Source: Macrostomum lignano | Lineage: Eukaryota | DNA: 64,000 bases | Assembly (NCBI GenBank): GCA_002269645.1 | Contig: NIVC01002256.1 | Location: 125,422-189,421, forward strand | Direction of reading: 5' to 3' | In this document: positions 14,335 to 27,189 of the stretch, piece after piece | Layout: every line of letters begins with the position of its first letter | Numbering within the stretch: position 1 is the stretch's first letter | Made by a program: the position numbers and the translations under genes | The notes under the pieces: model-generated | Databases searched by the model: none | The model's input: only the letters and a program-made list of their open reading frames with translations | What the model was told of the DNA's origin: nothing

Positions 14335-15970
14335 CTGGCTTAACTTCTATATCTGAATCCCACTAGTAACTTAATAAGCCACTAGGCTATATTAGTGGTC
14401 TTTATCCTATCCTATGATATGAAATTCTATAAATGTATTGCCACCAAGCTATTATAGTGCTATATGTTTAATGTTTTTTTAAATCCCACTAAGCTGCTGC
14501 CAAAGTTATAGTAAGCCTAGGGATAACTTTTCTTTGTTCTATTTATTTACTTTGCCCTAATTTATTCCTATTAATAGATTTCTTTTAGTCTTAGATGCAT
14601 TCCTAAAGGTGTCACAGCTTTTAAGCATTTGCATTGCTACAAGGTGATTTTATTGCTCTATAGTGATTTCTTGCTTTAAGATGATTTTTGCTTAGAGTCC
14701 CAACTCCTGAATCTTACATATATGCCAAAAAATTCTAGCATACAATGGACATAAAAATGGCTAGCATATTTGTATCTTGTATACAAAAAATCCACAGGAA
14801 AATTGCATTACAAATCTGGTGTATAGTGTAGCTATTGACATATAGAAGACCAAAATATTGTAATACAAGAAAGGGTCCTATATTGTCATAATTATAAAGG
14901 TGTTTTATTGCTGCAATACCTTTTTAATAATGCCTGGCATATATATCATGAGTAAATAGTTTTTTTTCTGATATAAACTAGTTTATAATGCAAGAGTCAA
15001 TTTTGCCAGTGTACCATGTGTCCATATAATATATATTAGAGTTTGGCTTTTAGTAGGTCTCAATTCTCCCAATTTGGGTCTTTTTATTGACTAGAAATGA
15101 TTAATGCCTTTAAAGATATAAAAAAATGAATTTTGATTATCTTTCCAAAGTTGGAAGGTTCAAGCTAGAATTTCCTATTCAAATGCAAAGGTGAGCATAA
15201 GTTGTCTGCTCCTCTCAGATTTGCATTCTAATTGTGCTATTTAGGAAACACATTTTTAACAAATAGGCCTATATTCTAAAAATATTATTTCATAGCATTA
15301 CATTAAGTATTTTCTACTATTATAAAAAAGTAAGTTTCAGTTCAAGAAAGTTAACTTTTGGCACTTGTTTGGATGCTGGAACTTTAAAAAAAAGTGACTT
15401 TTGGTATTTCCATTATTGGTCCTTTCTAGTTTTAAAGAATTGCCAATTTAAAAGTGCTTCAACATTTCTTTAGGAAAAAAACAAAAAAATGTTGGTCCAA
15501 AGTTTAATATACAGTTATTCCTCAAATGAAAATTCTGCATAATATATTTTATTAATATTGCATCCAAAATTTGAGTGAATTAATAAAAACTTTTAGAAAA
15601 CAAAGATTAGCAGTGTATTAGGATACTACACTTCCAATTTGTAGAAAAACTTTTGGAGACCAATTTTCAACTGTTGATTCTGACCCCTTACAAGTATAAA
15701 TAGAGATAATTTTTGGCCAATATGTATGTTACAATGAGTACAACACTTCAGCCAAATTTTAGTTTGTGGCTCATTCTTGTTGCTCTTCCATAGTATTATA
15801 CTGTATTTTTATAGCAACTACTTTAAAAGTGATATAAGTATAATTTTATATTGCTGACTTATTTAAAATCAATTGTACATAATCTTCTGGCAGCCTTGGA
15901 AAAAGTTAAGAATTAAGAAAAATTATATCAGGATAGCAAATAGCTGCAATTTGATAGATGGACCAATGTA

Positions 15971-16860
15971 ACAACAAACAACAAGTTACGCCCCAGGGTT
16001 GATGTTGGGCATCACAGGTTGCGCCTCAGAGCATGGGAGTGGAGAAAGGCCAGTCCACCGGCCTGGTTGGGGGTGCCAGCATTGGCCAGCAGGCAGTCTG
16101 GATATTGCCGAGTGCGTGCCTGCCCCTGCCAGAAGGGCGCCAGGAGTGCAAGCAGCAGCATCTCCTGCGCTGGCTCGGGCAGTATGCCTCAGCGCGGATG
16201 AGGTGGCCTGCTAGCTGGAGCCACCGGCAGCGGAGCAGATTGCTGGGGCGGGCCAGGCGAGCTCGGGCGTACAGCGCCGCGTTAGTGACATGCTCGCCGC
16301 CACTGATCTTGAAGGCAGCGTGCAGCAGGCCGGCATGCACCGCATCGACCTGTCGCTCAAGCATCTCCATCAGCATCCATGTTTCAGCATTTTAGAGCAG
16401 GACAGTCTTGATCACTGCCTGGAACAATGCCGAGCGCTGGCAGTCTGGCAGGGCCGCAGAGTGCAAGACAGTCCTCATGGAGTTGAAGGCCACCCAAGCG
16501 AGTCCACGGCGATGCCTTAGGTCGTCGAAGGCATCAGGTACCAGGCTGCCAAGGTACACAAACTGCTGAATGCATGGCAGCAGCGTTGCCTGCCCATCAG
16601 TGCCTCGGCAGTAGATGTCGGCTTGGATGTTGATGGGCATGGTGAGCACGACAGTCTTTTGCATGTTGATCACCAGGCCAACGCTCGCAGCAATGCCAAC
16701 CAGATGGTCCAGCTGACATTGGACGCCCTTGATGGTTGAGGACAGCAGGGCGAGATCATTGGCATAGCCCAGGATGCTGAGGCGACGCTCTGGCTAGCGG
16801 TGGCCCACACGGTGTTGCAGGAGGAAGCCATCGTTGGCTGTTGGTAGGGCAGTCCGCAGC
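15971..16860 (-). mobile_element. 5'-truncated RTE-group LINE fragment
   Basis: Minus-strand ILGYANDLALL, GLVINMQKT, FVYLGS, RRGLAWVAF and LQLAGHLIR; (TTG)n-like tail; 9-bp TSD ACCAATGTA at 15962-15970 and 16861-16869; stops and frameshifts. Confidence 0.88.
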
Positions 16861-18407
16861 ACCAATGTACAAGACATTAAATAATTTGATTGGTGCTTTT
16901 GTGCTATAATATAAAAAATGTAACTAGTCTCAAGAGTTTTAAATCATAAACACTTTTAAAGTGCATCAATAATTCTGTAGAAACATCCAAATAGAGAAAC
17001 TGATCTCCAATTTTTTTGAATCTTGAGTATAGAATTCTAATATATTGCTAATGGATATCTTATAGTAAAAAACTTGCAAGGAGTTGATAAACAAGGATTT
17101 TTTTGGTTTAACAAAGCAATTTATAAGCAAAAAAACAAATAAAGTACAAAAAGAATGCTTGTTAATCTTCACAGGAATTTTAATTTTTTGGGTCATAAAG
17201 TCAGGTTTTATAGCATATCAAAGCCTAAAGATATTGCCCAGTTAATCTTTTTTGTATTTCACTAGAGTTGTTATCCTGTTAACTTATTGTTTAAGTAGTT
17301 ACTAAAAAGTCCTTCATTCTTCATTCTTTAAAAAAGCTGCTTTAAAAAAGTAACTTAAAGCTAGTACTAAAAGTGCCAGAAGTGCCAGAGCTTTGCCCAA
17401 CACTGCAATAAACTATTAATTCTCCAGTTTAGATGTAGTCCTAAAGGCATATTAGAAGGCCATGGCTTTAGTGCTATATATAGGCCCTTAAATCTCAAAT
17501 TTAGACTTAATTTCTCCTTAACTTCCCTCTCAATATTCTCTTAATCATTAGTATAAGTATATGCTCATATATAGCGAGTTTCTAATCTTTTTATTTAATT
17601 TTGGAAGATATGAAGATGAATAGTCTTCAATATAGTTTTATATTTATATATATATATTTACTAGAAACACACTAGGCTTAGCTTATCTATTCCTTAATCT
17701 TAAATTGAGCAAGCAAACAGTTGCTCCAGTTTTAGCAAAATTTGTATTAATATTCTATTTGTATTATATTTCTATTAATATGAAATCCTGCAGAGTTTAA
17801 CAAAGTATTTAGTATAGGCCTAAATTAGAATTGTGCAAAAATAATTAGGCCCTAATGACGTATAAAATGGAGACCTTCTATAATTCTATGTAATTGTATT
17901 ATTGGAAAATATATAAGTGGTATTTAACATCCTTAACTATTGGCTGAATTTGCAAAATTTAGCTAGCATAAATTATCTTAGGCCTTATGGTAAGTCTCAA
18001 AAATGGATACTTTTATTCTTTTTTGGCAAAATTTAATGGCAACATGAAATACCGTATTGTTTGACATCGTTTTTGGGTAGGTCTCCAAACTAAGTATTAT
18101 GGCGAGTGTAGTTTTAGGGGTTGTATTTGTATGCATGTAAACCTATTTTTATTTAGCATAAATAATAATATACTTACTATGGATTTGTATATATAATAAA
18201 ATCTGGTCAATACTTGACTAGTTCTTAGATCATTCTTTGAGTTCAATACTCTAAAGCACTGATTAAAATCCCAAGACAAAATTTAAACATGCTTTTGCAA
18301 ATCTAAGGATCTGTCTGTCTCAAAACAATTGTTTAATTTCATGCAAAAATTCCAGAGCTCTCCCAAATATTGCTATTGGCGTAGTTCATATTGCTACATC
18401 ATATTGC

Positions 18408-18591
18408 ATGGATCAGGGTCACGAGCTGCCACTGCCAGCATATGCACGCGAGTCATTGGGACTGACCCATCTGACCTCCGACCAGCGCATCGCAGCAGTT
18501 CGGTCCTTTGTTCGAGCTCGAATAGTGCGGAATGATTCCAAAGCTGAGATTGCTCATCGGGATGTGCTGTTCACTGGCCGGCCATCGCCAG
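18408..18591 (+). CDS. POP4: Ribonuclease P/MRP subunit p29, exon 1 of 3
   Basis: ATG at 18408; AVRSFVRARI resembles the RPP29 N-terminus; donor GTTTGT, phase 1. Model 18408-18591, 22881-23047, 23366-23782 = 768 nt, 255 aa. Confidence 0.7.
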
Positions 18592-18709
18592 GTTTGTCTC
18601 GAAGCGTTTCTTAAGTTCTTGAGAGTAGTCAGATCTGAAATAATTTTAATATTTGCTAAACGCACACTTTTATCTTGATTTTTAAAAATACCACTCAAAA
18701 TCTCTTTCA

Positions 18710-21700
18710 CTGCATTAAGAATCGCCCCTAATCTGCATTGAGAATCGCCTCTAATCTATATTTAGAATCGCCCCTAATCTATATTGAGAATCGCCCCTAA
18801 TCTGTATTGAGAATCGCCCCTAATCTATATTGAGAATCGCCCCTAATCTATATTGAGAATCGCCCCTAATCTGTATTGAGAATCGCCCCTAATCTATATT
18901 GAGAATCGCCCCTAATCTATATTGAGAATCGCCCCTAATCTGTATTGAGAATCGCCCCTAATCTATATTGAGAATCGCCCCTAATCTATATTGAGAATCG
19001 CCCCTAATCTATATTGAGAATCGCCCCTAATCTACATTGAGAATCGCCCCTAATCTATATTGAGAATCGCCCCTAATCTGCATTGAGAATCGCCCCTAAT
19101 CTGCATTGAGAATCGCCCCTAATCTGCATTGAGAATCGCCCCTAATCTATATTGAGAATCGCCCCTAATCTGCATTGAGAATCGCCCCTAATCTACATTG
19201 AGAATCGCCCCTAATCTGTATTGAGAATCGCCCCTAATCTATATTGGGAATCGCCCCTAATCTATATTGAAAATCGCCCCTAATCTATATTGAGAATCGC
19301 CCCTAATCTGTATTGAGAATCGCCCCTAATCTGTATTGAGAATCGCCCCTAATCTATATTGAGAATCGCCCCTAATCTATATTGAGAATCGCCCCTAATC
19401 TATATTGAGAATCGCCCCTAATCTATATTGAGAATTGCCCCTAATCTATATTGAGAATCGCCCCTAATCTGTATTGAGAATCGCCCCTAATCTGCATTGA
19501 GAATCGCCCCTAATCTACATTGAGAATCGCCCCTAATCTGTATTGAGAATCGCCCCTAATCTATATTGAGAATCGCACCTAATCTGCATTGAGAATCGCC
19601 CCTAATCTATATTGAGAATCGCCCCTAATCTGCATTGAGAATCGCCCCTAATCTACATTGAGAATCGCCCCTAATCTGTATTGAGAATCGCCCCTAATCT
19701 GTATTGAGAATCGCCCCTAATCTACATTGAGAATCGCACCTAATCTGCATTGAAAATCGCCACTAATCTGCATTGAAAATCGCCACTAATCTGCATTGAG
19801 AATCGCCACTAATCTATATTGAGAATCGCCCCTAATCTGCATTGAGAATCGCCACTAATCTATATGGAGAATCGCCACTAATCTATATGGAGAATCGCCC
19901 CTAATCTGCATTGAGAATCGCCACTAATCTACATTGAGAATCGCCCCTAATCTGCATTGAGAATCGCCCCTAATCTGCATTGAGAATCGCCCCTAATCTA
20001 TATTGAGAATCGCCCCTAATCTGCATTGAGAATCGCCTCTAATCTGCATTGAGAATCGCCCCTAATCTGCATTGAGAATCGCCCCTAATCTGTATTGAGA
20101 ATCGCCCCTAATCTGCATTGAGAATCGCCCCTAATCTATATTGAGAATCGCCCCTAATCTGCATTGAGAATCGCCCCTAATCTGCATTGAGAATCGCCTC
20201 TAATCTGCATTGAGAATCGCCCCTAATCTGCATTGAGAATCGCCCCTAATCTGTATTGAGAATCGCCCCTAATCTGCATTGAGAATCGCCCCTAATCTAT
20301 ATTGAGAATCGCCCCTAATCTGCATTGAGAATCGCCCCTAATCTGCATTGAGAATCGCCCCTAATCTGCATTGAGAATCGCCCCTAATCTACATTGAGAA
20401 TCGCCTCTAATCTGCATTGAGAATCGCCCCTAATCTGCATTGAGAATCGCCCCTAATCTGTATTGAGAATCGCCCCTAATCTGCATTGAGAATCGCCCCT
20501 AATCTATATTGAGAATCGCCCCTAATCTGCATTGAGAATCGCCCCTAATCTGCATTGAGAATCGCCCCTAATCTGCATTGAGAATCGCCCCTAATCTATA
20601 TTGAGAATCGCCCCTAATCTGCATTGAGAATCGCCCCTAATCTATATTGAGAATCGCCCCTAATCTGCATTGAGAATCGCACCTAATCTGCATTGAGAAT
20701 CGCCCCTAATCTGCATTGAGAATCGCCCCTAATCTGCATTGAGAATCGCCCCTAATCTATATTGAGAATAGCCCCTAATCTGCATTGAGAATCGCACCTA
20801 ATCTGCATTGAGAATCGCCCCTAATCTGTATTGAGAATCGCCCCTAATCTGCATTGAGAATCGCCCCTAATCTGCATTGAGAATCGCCCCTAATCTATAT
20901 TGAGAATCGCCCCTAATCTGCATTGAGAATCGCCCCTAATCTATATTGAGAATCGCCCCTAATCTGCATTGAGAATCGCACCTAATCTGCATTGAGAATC
21001 GCCCCTAATCTGCATTGAGAATCGCCCCTAATCTGCATTGAGAATCGCCCCTAATCTATATTGAGAATAGCCCCTAATCTGCATTGAGAATCGCACCTAA
21101 TCTGCATTGAGAATCGCCCCTAATCTGTATTGAGAATCGCCCCTAATCTGCATTGAGAATCGCCCCTAATCTGCATTGAGAATCGCCCCTAATCTGCATT
21201 GAGAATCGCCCCTAATCTATATTGAGAATCGCCCCTAATCTATATTGAGAATCGCCCCTAATCTGTATTGAGAATCGCCCCTAATCTATATTGAGAATCG
21301 CCCCTAATCTACATTGAGAATCGCCCCTAATCTGCATTGAGAATCGCCCCTAATCTACATTGAGAATCGCCCCTAATCTACATTGAGAATTGCCCCTAAT
21401 CTACATTGAGAATCGCCCCTAATCTGTATTGAGAATCGCCCCTAATCTGTATTGAGAATCGCCCCTAATCTACATTGAGAATCGCCCCTAATCTACATTG
21501 AGAATCGCCCCTAATCTACATTGAGAATCGCACCTAATCTGCATTGAGAATCGCCCCTAATCTATATTGAGAATCGCCCCTAATCTGCATTGAGAATCGC
21601 CCCTAATCTGCATTGAGAATCGCCCCTAATCTACATTGAGAATCGCCCCTAATCTACATTGAGAATGGCCCCTAATCTACATTGAGAATCGCCCCTAATC

Positions 21701-21739
21701 TGCATTGAGAATCGCCCCTAATCTGCCTTGAGAATCGCC
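18710..21739. repeat. 23-bp minisatellite (GAGAATCGCCCCTAATCTRYATT), ~130 copies, POP4 intron 1
   Basis: Homogeneous tandem units without spacers. Confidence 0.98.
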
Positions 21740-22136
21740 GAGCCACCCACAGCCACCAGAATGTTCTAGAGTTTATTAAGAGTGTATTCTCCTACTCTGT
21801 AAAATTGAAATTTTAATAAAGTCAATCATTGCAAATTCGGAAATGGTCGAAGCCAAACTTAATTTGCATTTTGATGCGGATGAAGGAATGATAGCAAGAC
21901 ACGAGATCCGAAATTCATTCCACGAGTCAGAAGTCTGCTTTCGCTGATAACCAACCAACAATGATGTTGGGTTTCTTTCGATTCTATTTAGTCTATTTTG
22001 CATTTTTACACCGAGTCTATCTATACAGCGATTCACGTAGAGATGTTAAAATGTGCCTAATTATCATAATGCTGATCTGCGTATTAGAATGCTGATGTGA
22101 ATAGAAGATTCGCTTACCAGCATAATTTTTCATTTA

Positions 22137-22775
22137 GAGAATCGCCCCCTAATAGCGTCATATAGAATCGCCCTCTAAAAGCGTCATAGAGAATCGCCCC
22201 TAAAAGCGTCATAGAGAATCGCCCCTAAAAGCGTCATAGAGAATCGCCCCCTAAAAGCGTCATAGAGAATCGCCCTTAAAAGCGTCATAGAGAATCGCCC
22301 CCTAAAAGCGTCATAGAGAATCGCCCCCTAAGAGGGTCATAGAGAATCGCCCTTAAAAGCGTCATAGAGAATCGCCCCCTAAAAGCGTCATAGAGAATCG
22401 CCCTTAAAAGCGTCATAGAGAATCGCCCCCTAAGAGGGTCATAGAGAATCGCCCCCTAAAAGCGTCATAGAGAATCGCCCCCTAAAAGCGTCATAGAGAA
22501 TCGCCCCCTAAAAGCGTCATAGAGAATCGCCCCCTAAGAGCGTCATAATCGCCCCCTAAGAGCGTCATAGAGAATCACCCCAAAACAGTCATAGAGAATC
22601 ACCCAAAACCGTCATAGAGAATCACCCCAAAACCGTCATAGAGAATCACCCCAAAACCGTCATATCACCCCAAAACCGTCATAGAGAATCACCCCAAAAC
22701 CGTCATAGAGAATCACCCCAAAACCGTCATAGAGAATCATCCCAAAACCGTCATAGAGAATCACCCCAAAACCGT
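22137..22775. repeat. 24-26-bp minisatellite (GAGAATCGCCCCCTAAAAGCGTCATA), POP4 intron 1
   Basis: Tandem units sharing the GAGAATCGCCCC core with the upstream array. Confidence 0.95.
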
Positions 22776-22880
22776 CCTAGAGCATCGCTCCAAAGTGTCA
22801 TTGAGAATAGTTGCGTCGATATTTCGCACTGCACAAAGACAACGGAATTTCCACGGGTTTTCCATTGCCCACCCCGCCAG

Positions 22881-23047
22881 CCCGCAGGCCCTGCCGAGAG
22901 CGCAGCGGAGTCAGCCGCAATCGGACTGTACCGGGACGGGCCCTGGCTAAGCGGCTCGAGCTGTACAGCGTGAAGAAAATTGAATTCAGTCTGGCTGAAC
23001 AGATGCACCAGATGTGGCTGGAATATGCCAAGGACTGCCTGGGGCAG
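22881..23047 (+). CDS. POP4: Ribonuclease P/MRP subunit p29, exon 2 of 3
   Basis: Acceptor cccaccccgccAG fits phase 1; RLELYSV..FSLAEQMHQMWLEYAKD matches the RPP29 LHELWKQY helix; donor GTAAAG. Confidence 0.8.
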
Positions 23048-23365
23048 GTAAAGTTTACCAACTTGCCCTAATCCTCATCAGATCAAAGATCCCACTTCCC
23101 ATAATCCCCAGTGGAATAAAGATCACAACTTTTGCATTGCAGTATATTAAAGACCCCAATTCCCAAAATCCACAAGGTATTAAAGATTCCAACTTCCCCT
23201 AATCCCAGTACAATAAAGATACCACTTCCCATAACCCCAATCGGATTAAAATCCCACTTCCCTTAATTCCCATCAGATTAAATATCCCAAGTTCCTTAAT
23301 CCTCATCAGGTTGTAGATCCTAACAAAGTGCAAAATCCCACAATTTCCCACTATGATCCCCACAG

Positions 23366-23782
23366 CAACTGGATCGACTCAATGCCGCCGATTCTTCATC
23401 AACAGTTAAGCATCAGCAGCAGCTTCTCCAGCAGCTTTCCGAAGCCGCGCTCCGACTGGACCTCACCGGAGCTCGAATGCTCGTCGCCCACGCCAGCACA
23501 GCCTCCCAAATCGGCCTGTCCGGCATCTGCGTGATGGAGACAAAGCTCAGCTTCCGTCTGGCCGCTCCGCCGCACGGCCGAGTGCTGACTATCCCGAAGG
23601 TGGGCACCACGCTGCACGTTGAACTCGGCTCGGTTCGGCTGACCCTGTTCGCCTCCCAGCTGACTGTCCGGCCGGCTGAGCGGGCCACGAAACGCTTCCG
23701 CAGCGGCCAGCGACCTCCGCTAGTGCACTTTGACAGCCTGCTGGAGAAGGCGGCCGCTGATGCTGCTGTCTCCGCTGACTGA
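23366..23782 (+). CDS. POP4: Ribonuclease P/MRP subunit p29, exon 3 of 3
   Basis: LDLTGARMLV..SQIGLSGICVMETK..TIPK..RPAERATKRF matches RPP29 DLHGA..GI..ETK..IPK..RSSERSAKKF; acceptor cacAG, stop TGA. Confidence 0.92.
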   Translation, partial: QLDRLNAADSSSTVKHQQQLLQQLSEAALRLDLTGARMLVAHASTASQIGLSGICVMETKLSFRLAAPPHGRVLTIPKVGTTLHVELGSVRLTLFASQLTVRPAERATKRFRSGQRPPLVHFDSLLEKAAADAAVSAD

Positions 23783-23814
23783 ATGACAGCTGAGTGACGG
23801 GCCTACACTTTAGA

Positions 23815-24685
23815 CTGGAGAGTCACTCCTTAAGCTTGAGAGTCACTCCTTAAACTTGAAAGTCAGAACATGAGAGTCACTCTGAGAACTTAAGAGTCAC
23901 TCTAAAAACTTACGAGTCACTCTGAAAATTTGAGAGTCACTCTGAGAACTTAAGAGTCACTCTGAGAAATTGAGAGCCACTCAGCAATTGAGAGTCACTC
24001 TCTGAACTATAGAGTCACTAAGAACTATAGAGTCACTCTAAGAACTATGGAGTCACTCTCAGAACTATAGAGTCACTCTAAGAACTATGGAGTCACTCTC
24101 AGAACTTGAGAGTCACTCTCAGAACTATAGAGTCACTCTCAGAACTATAGAGTCACTCTAAGAACTATAGAGTCACTCTCAGAACTATGAAGTCACTCTA
24201 AGAACTATAGAGTCACTCTCAGAACTATAGAGTCACTCTCAGAACTATAGAGTCACTCTAAGAACCATGGAGTCACTCTCAGAACTATAGAGTCACTCTA
24301 AGAACTATAGAGTCACTCTAAGAACTATAGAGTCACTCTAAGAACCATGGAGTCACTCTCAGAACTATAGAGTCACTCTAAGAACTATAGAGTCACTCTC
24401 AGAACTATAGAGTCACTCTAAGAACTATAGAGTCACTCTCAGAACTATAGAGTCACTCTAAGAACTATAGAGTCACTCTAAGAACCATGGAGTCACTCTC
24501 AGAACTATAGAGTCACTCTAAGAACTATAGAGTCACTCTAAGAACTATAGAGTCACTCTCAGAACTATAGAGTCACTCTAAGAACTATAGAGTCACTCTA
24601 AGAACCATGGAGTCACTCTCAGAACTATAGAGTCACTCTAAGAACTATAGAGTCACTCTAAGAACTAGGGAGTCACTCTCAGAGC
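23815..24685. repeat. 20-bp minisatellite (AGAGTCACTCTMAGAACTAT) just 3' of POP4
   Basis: About 40 tandem units, degenerate at the 5' end. Confidence 0.95.
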
Positions 24686-25209
24686 TAAGAAGTAACGCAT
24701 TTTCAACTGTTCGGGCTAATATTAAATGTTAATCAATAACTTTACATTATTCAATAGTCTATTTATTAATTTGTCTGTCCCATTACAAGCAATATCAGAC
24801 ACCAGTGAGCACCACTAGTGAGCTCTTATCTTTTAAGGCTTTAAAATCAAAGAAGCGTTGAGAAAACGTGTCTGTTTTCTAATTATTTTTCTTTCTTTAA
24901 AATCTAATAATTTCTAGCCCGCTAAAAAGCAAGCAAATTTCTCCTGCTAGTTTTGAAGATTATTTTCTGAGCAGAGTTATTACCTTTGCGCGACAGATAG
25001 TGAGCTCCCAGCAGACCTAAAATTGGATTTGGAAACCCCCGCGGGCCTATGGATAATTAGTATAATTTGGTGATTAGGCATGTCGAGGCCACGAAAAGAT
25101 AATTAGTTTTGGTAAAGGTGAACAGAATCTGATTAAAATTGATTTTTGCAAAAATGTGAGAGCAACCTGCCCCAGTTTATTCTTGTGTGATACTTTATTG
25201 TTTATTGAT

Positions 25210-25600
25210 TAGTTTTAGGTCAGTTTTTTTTGTTTAGTTTTAGTTCAGGTCTGCGTTTAGTTTTAGGTCAGGTTTAAATTCAGTTTAAGTTCAGGTTTTA
25301 GTTTAGGTTTAGGTAAAGTTTAAACTAAGGTTTGAACTAGGTTAGGTTTAGTTAAGGTTTGAACTTTGGTTTAGGTCAGGAATGAATTCAGTTTTAGGTC
25401 AGGATTGAGTTCAGTTTTAGGTCAGGTCTGAGTCTAGTTTTCGATCAGGTTTTAGTTTAGGTTTAGATCAGGTTTGGATTTAGTTTTAAGGTTCAGGTTT
25501 TAGTTTAGGTTTAGGGCAGGTTTGAGTTTAGGTCAGGTTTGAATTCAGTTTCAGTTCATGCTTAGTCTCTCGCCCAGTTTATGTTTTAGTTTTAGTACTC
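25210..25600. repeat. Degenerate T/G-rich short repeat (TTTAGG/TCAGG/TTTAG)
   Basis: Low-complexity, imperfect 5-6-mer units. Confidence 0.7.
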
Positions 25601-26184
25601 ATAAACTCGCCAGAAAGACAAGTTGACCAAAATTAGAAGGTCAGTGACTCCTTGGTCAAGTCGATGGGATGCTTCTAATTAGATTTTTCGCATAGATTAT
25701 TAGTTATAAGCCAAGTTAGTTAAGTCTGTGCTCATGTAGTAATGGAATATTTATTATAGCTGCAATCTCGTTGCTCGAAGTAGCTTTTTGCAAGTAAGGC
25801 ACTCGAGAGCCCAAGATCCAGTGTCCGTCCGCACACTGTACAACCCAGTTTTCTCTGTCCGGTTTGTCCGGAACTTTCAGCCCATCCATCCCCCATAGGG
25901 CCGGGGATGCGATGCCCAATAGGGTTGGCCTGTTCTCGTTAGGAGGCTTATTTAACATTGCCGGAGCCTTGCCGAGACAGCTAATCTCTAGCTCATCTCT
26001 GTAGAGTCTCTGATCAATTGAAAATCAGTTTAGAAACTTTCTTTACGAATCCATACAGATAGCGTTTCTCGCAGATTTGTGAAGTGAGTCCATTTTTACT
26101 TGTGTACGACGTACTTTAGTTTGGCAAGTCCGGGAATTGTAGCTTTGGCTCCTTGTTATTACTTTAGTCTTACTAAATATGCCT

Positions 26185-26575
26185 CAGCTATCTACCTACC
26201 TGCCTGCCTACCTACCTGGCTAGCTACTTACTTGCATGAATACCTACCTACTTGCCTGCCTACTTGGCCTACCTACCTACCAACCTACCTACCAACCTAC
26301 CAACCGATCTACCTGCCTACCTACCCATCTGCTTACCTAATGACATACCTACCTACCTACCTACCTACCTGCCTATACCGACCTACTACCTACCTACCAA
26401 CCTATCAAATGATCTACCTACCCATCTACTTACCTAACAACCTACCTACTTATCTACCTACCTATCTACCTACGTACCTACCTACCCAACCACCTACCTA
26501 TTTACCTACCTACATACTTATCTGCCTAACTACTTGGCTACTTATTTACCTATCCGCTTGACTTACCTATCTAAC
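26185..26575. repeat. Imperfect (TACC)n microsatellite
   Basis: Visible run upstream of the TRPM gene. Confidence 0.9.
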
Positions 26576-26754
26576 TATCGATTAAAGATAAGCTACCTCA
26601 ATGCTTTACTACAAAACTATAGTTATTGATATCAAAGTATTTCATAATTATCAGTTTATAAACTTTTTTGCAGCCGCTAATTGGCCTAGCAACCGCTAAC
26701 AGCGTTGCTACAGCCTCGCTTGCCGCTGTAGGCGGTGCAAGCCATTAATTATTA

Positions 26755-26768
26755 GTTGCCATGGCAAC
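26755..26768. promoter_or_regulatory. RFX X-box (GTTGCCATGGCAAC) overlapping the TRPM start codon
   Basis: Perfect 14-bp palindromic X-box consensus; related sites TTGGCCTAGCAAC (26681-26693) and GTTGCTA (26704-26710). Confidence 0.6.
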
Positions 26769-27152
26769 AAATTGCGGCTCGATCGGCCGAGTTGGCAGTT
26801 TAACCAACGGTGTCGGCGGCAACGAACCCGACGGCGACCTGGTGTCGGTCTCCTCCAGCCAGGAAGAAGTGTGGATTGAAACAAACATTCGCAAACGAGA
26901 ATGCGTCAGGTTCGCGCCCGCGTCCTTGACGACCGGCGCGCAGCAGCAGCAGCAGCAGCAGCTGTGCCAGTGCGGTCGGGCATTTGCACAGCACCACAGC
27001 CTCGACCCCGGCTTAGCTGTCGGCTCCATGGCAGCCGCAGGCGGCGGAGCGGCCAGTGCAGCCTGGCGACCGGAGACTCACACTGTTAGCTCGCCTACGG
27101 ATGCGTACGGTGTGATTGAGTTTGCCAGCGGCCCGCACCCCACTATGGCCAG
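26761..27152 (+). CDS. TRPM: TRPM1/3-type cation channel, exon 1 of 10
   Basis: WIETNIRKREC..CQCGR..SPTDAYGVIEF (MHR1). Model: 26761-27152, 28383-28656, 29467-29886, 34890-35355, 36354-36554, 37495-38050, 40471-40964, 44813-45564, 47063-47519, 48648-49876 = 5241 nt, 1746 aa, all GT-AG and phase-consistent. Confidence 0.92.
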
Positions 27153-27189
27153 GTGAGCCTGACAGCGGGGCCCGCTAGGAGATCTTTGT

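Noticed and set aside
18710-21739. CRISPR-like appearance of this and other arrays
   Set aside because: Head-to-tail units without unique spacers, no cas genes, eukaryotic introns.
22811-22880. Longer POP4 exon 2 starting at the 22810 AG
   Set aside because: Phase 0 is incompatible with the phase-1 donor of exon 1; the 22880 acceptor fits and has a pyrimidine tract.
25210-25600. Interstitial telomeric repeat
   Set aside because: No TTAGGG array; only degenerate TTTAGG/TCAGG words.
25716-25958. 80-aa minus-strand ORF
   Set aside because: No recognisable motif and no ATG or splice support.
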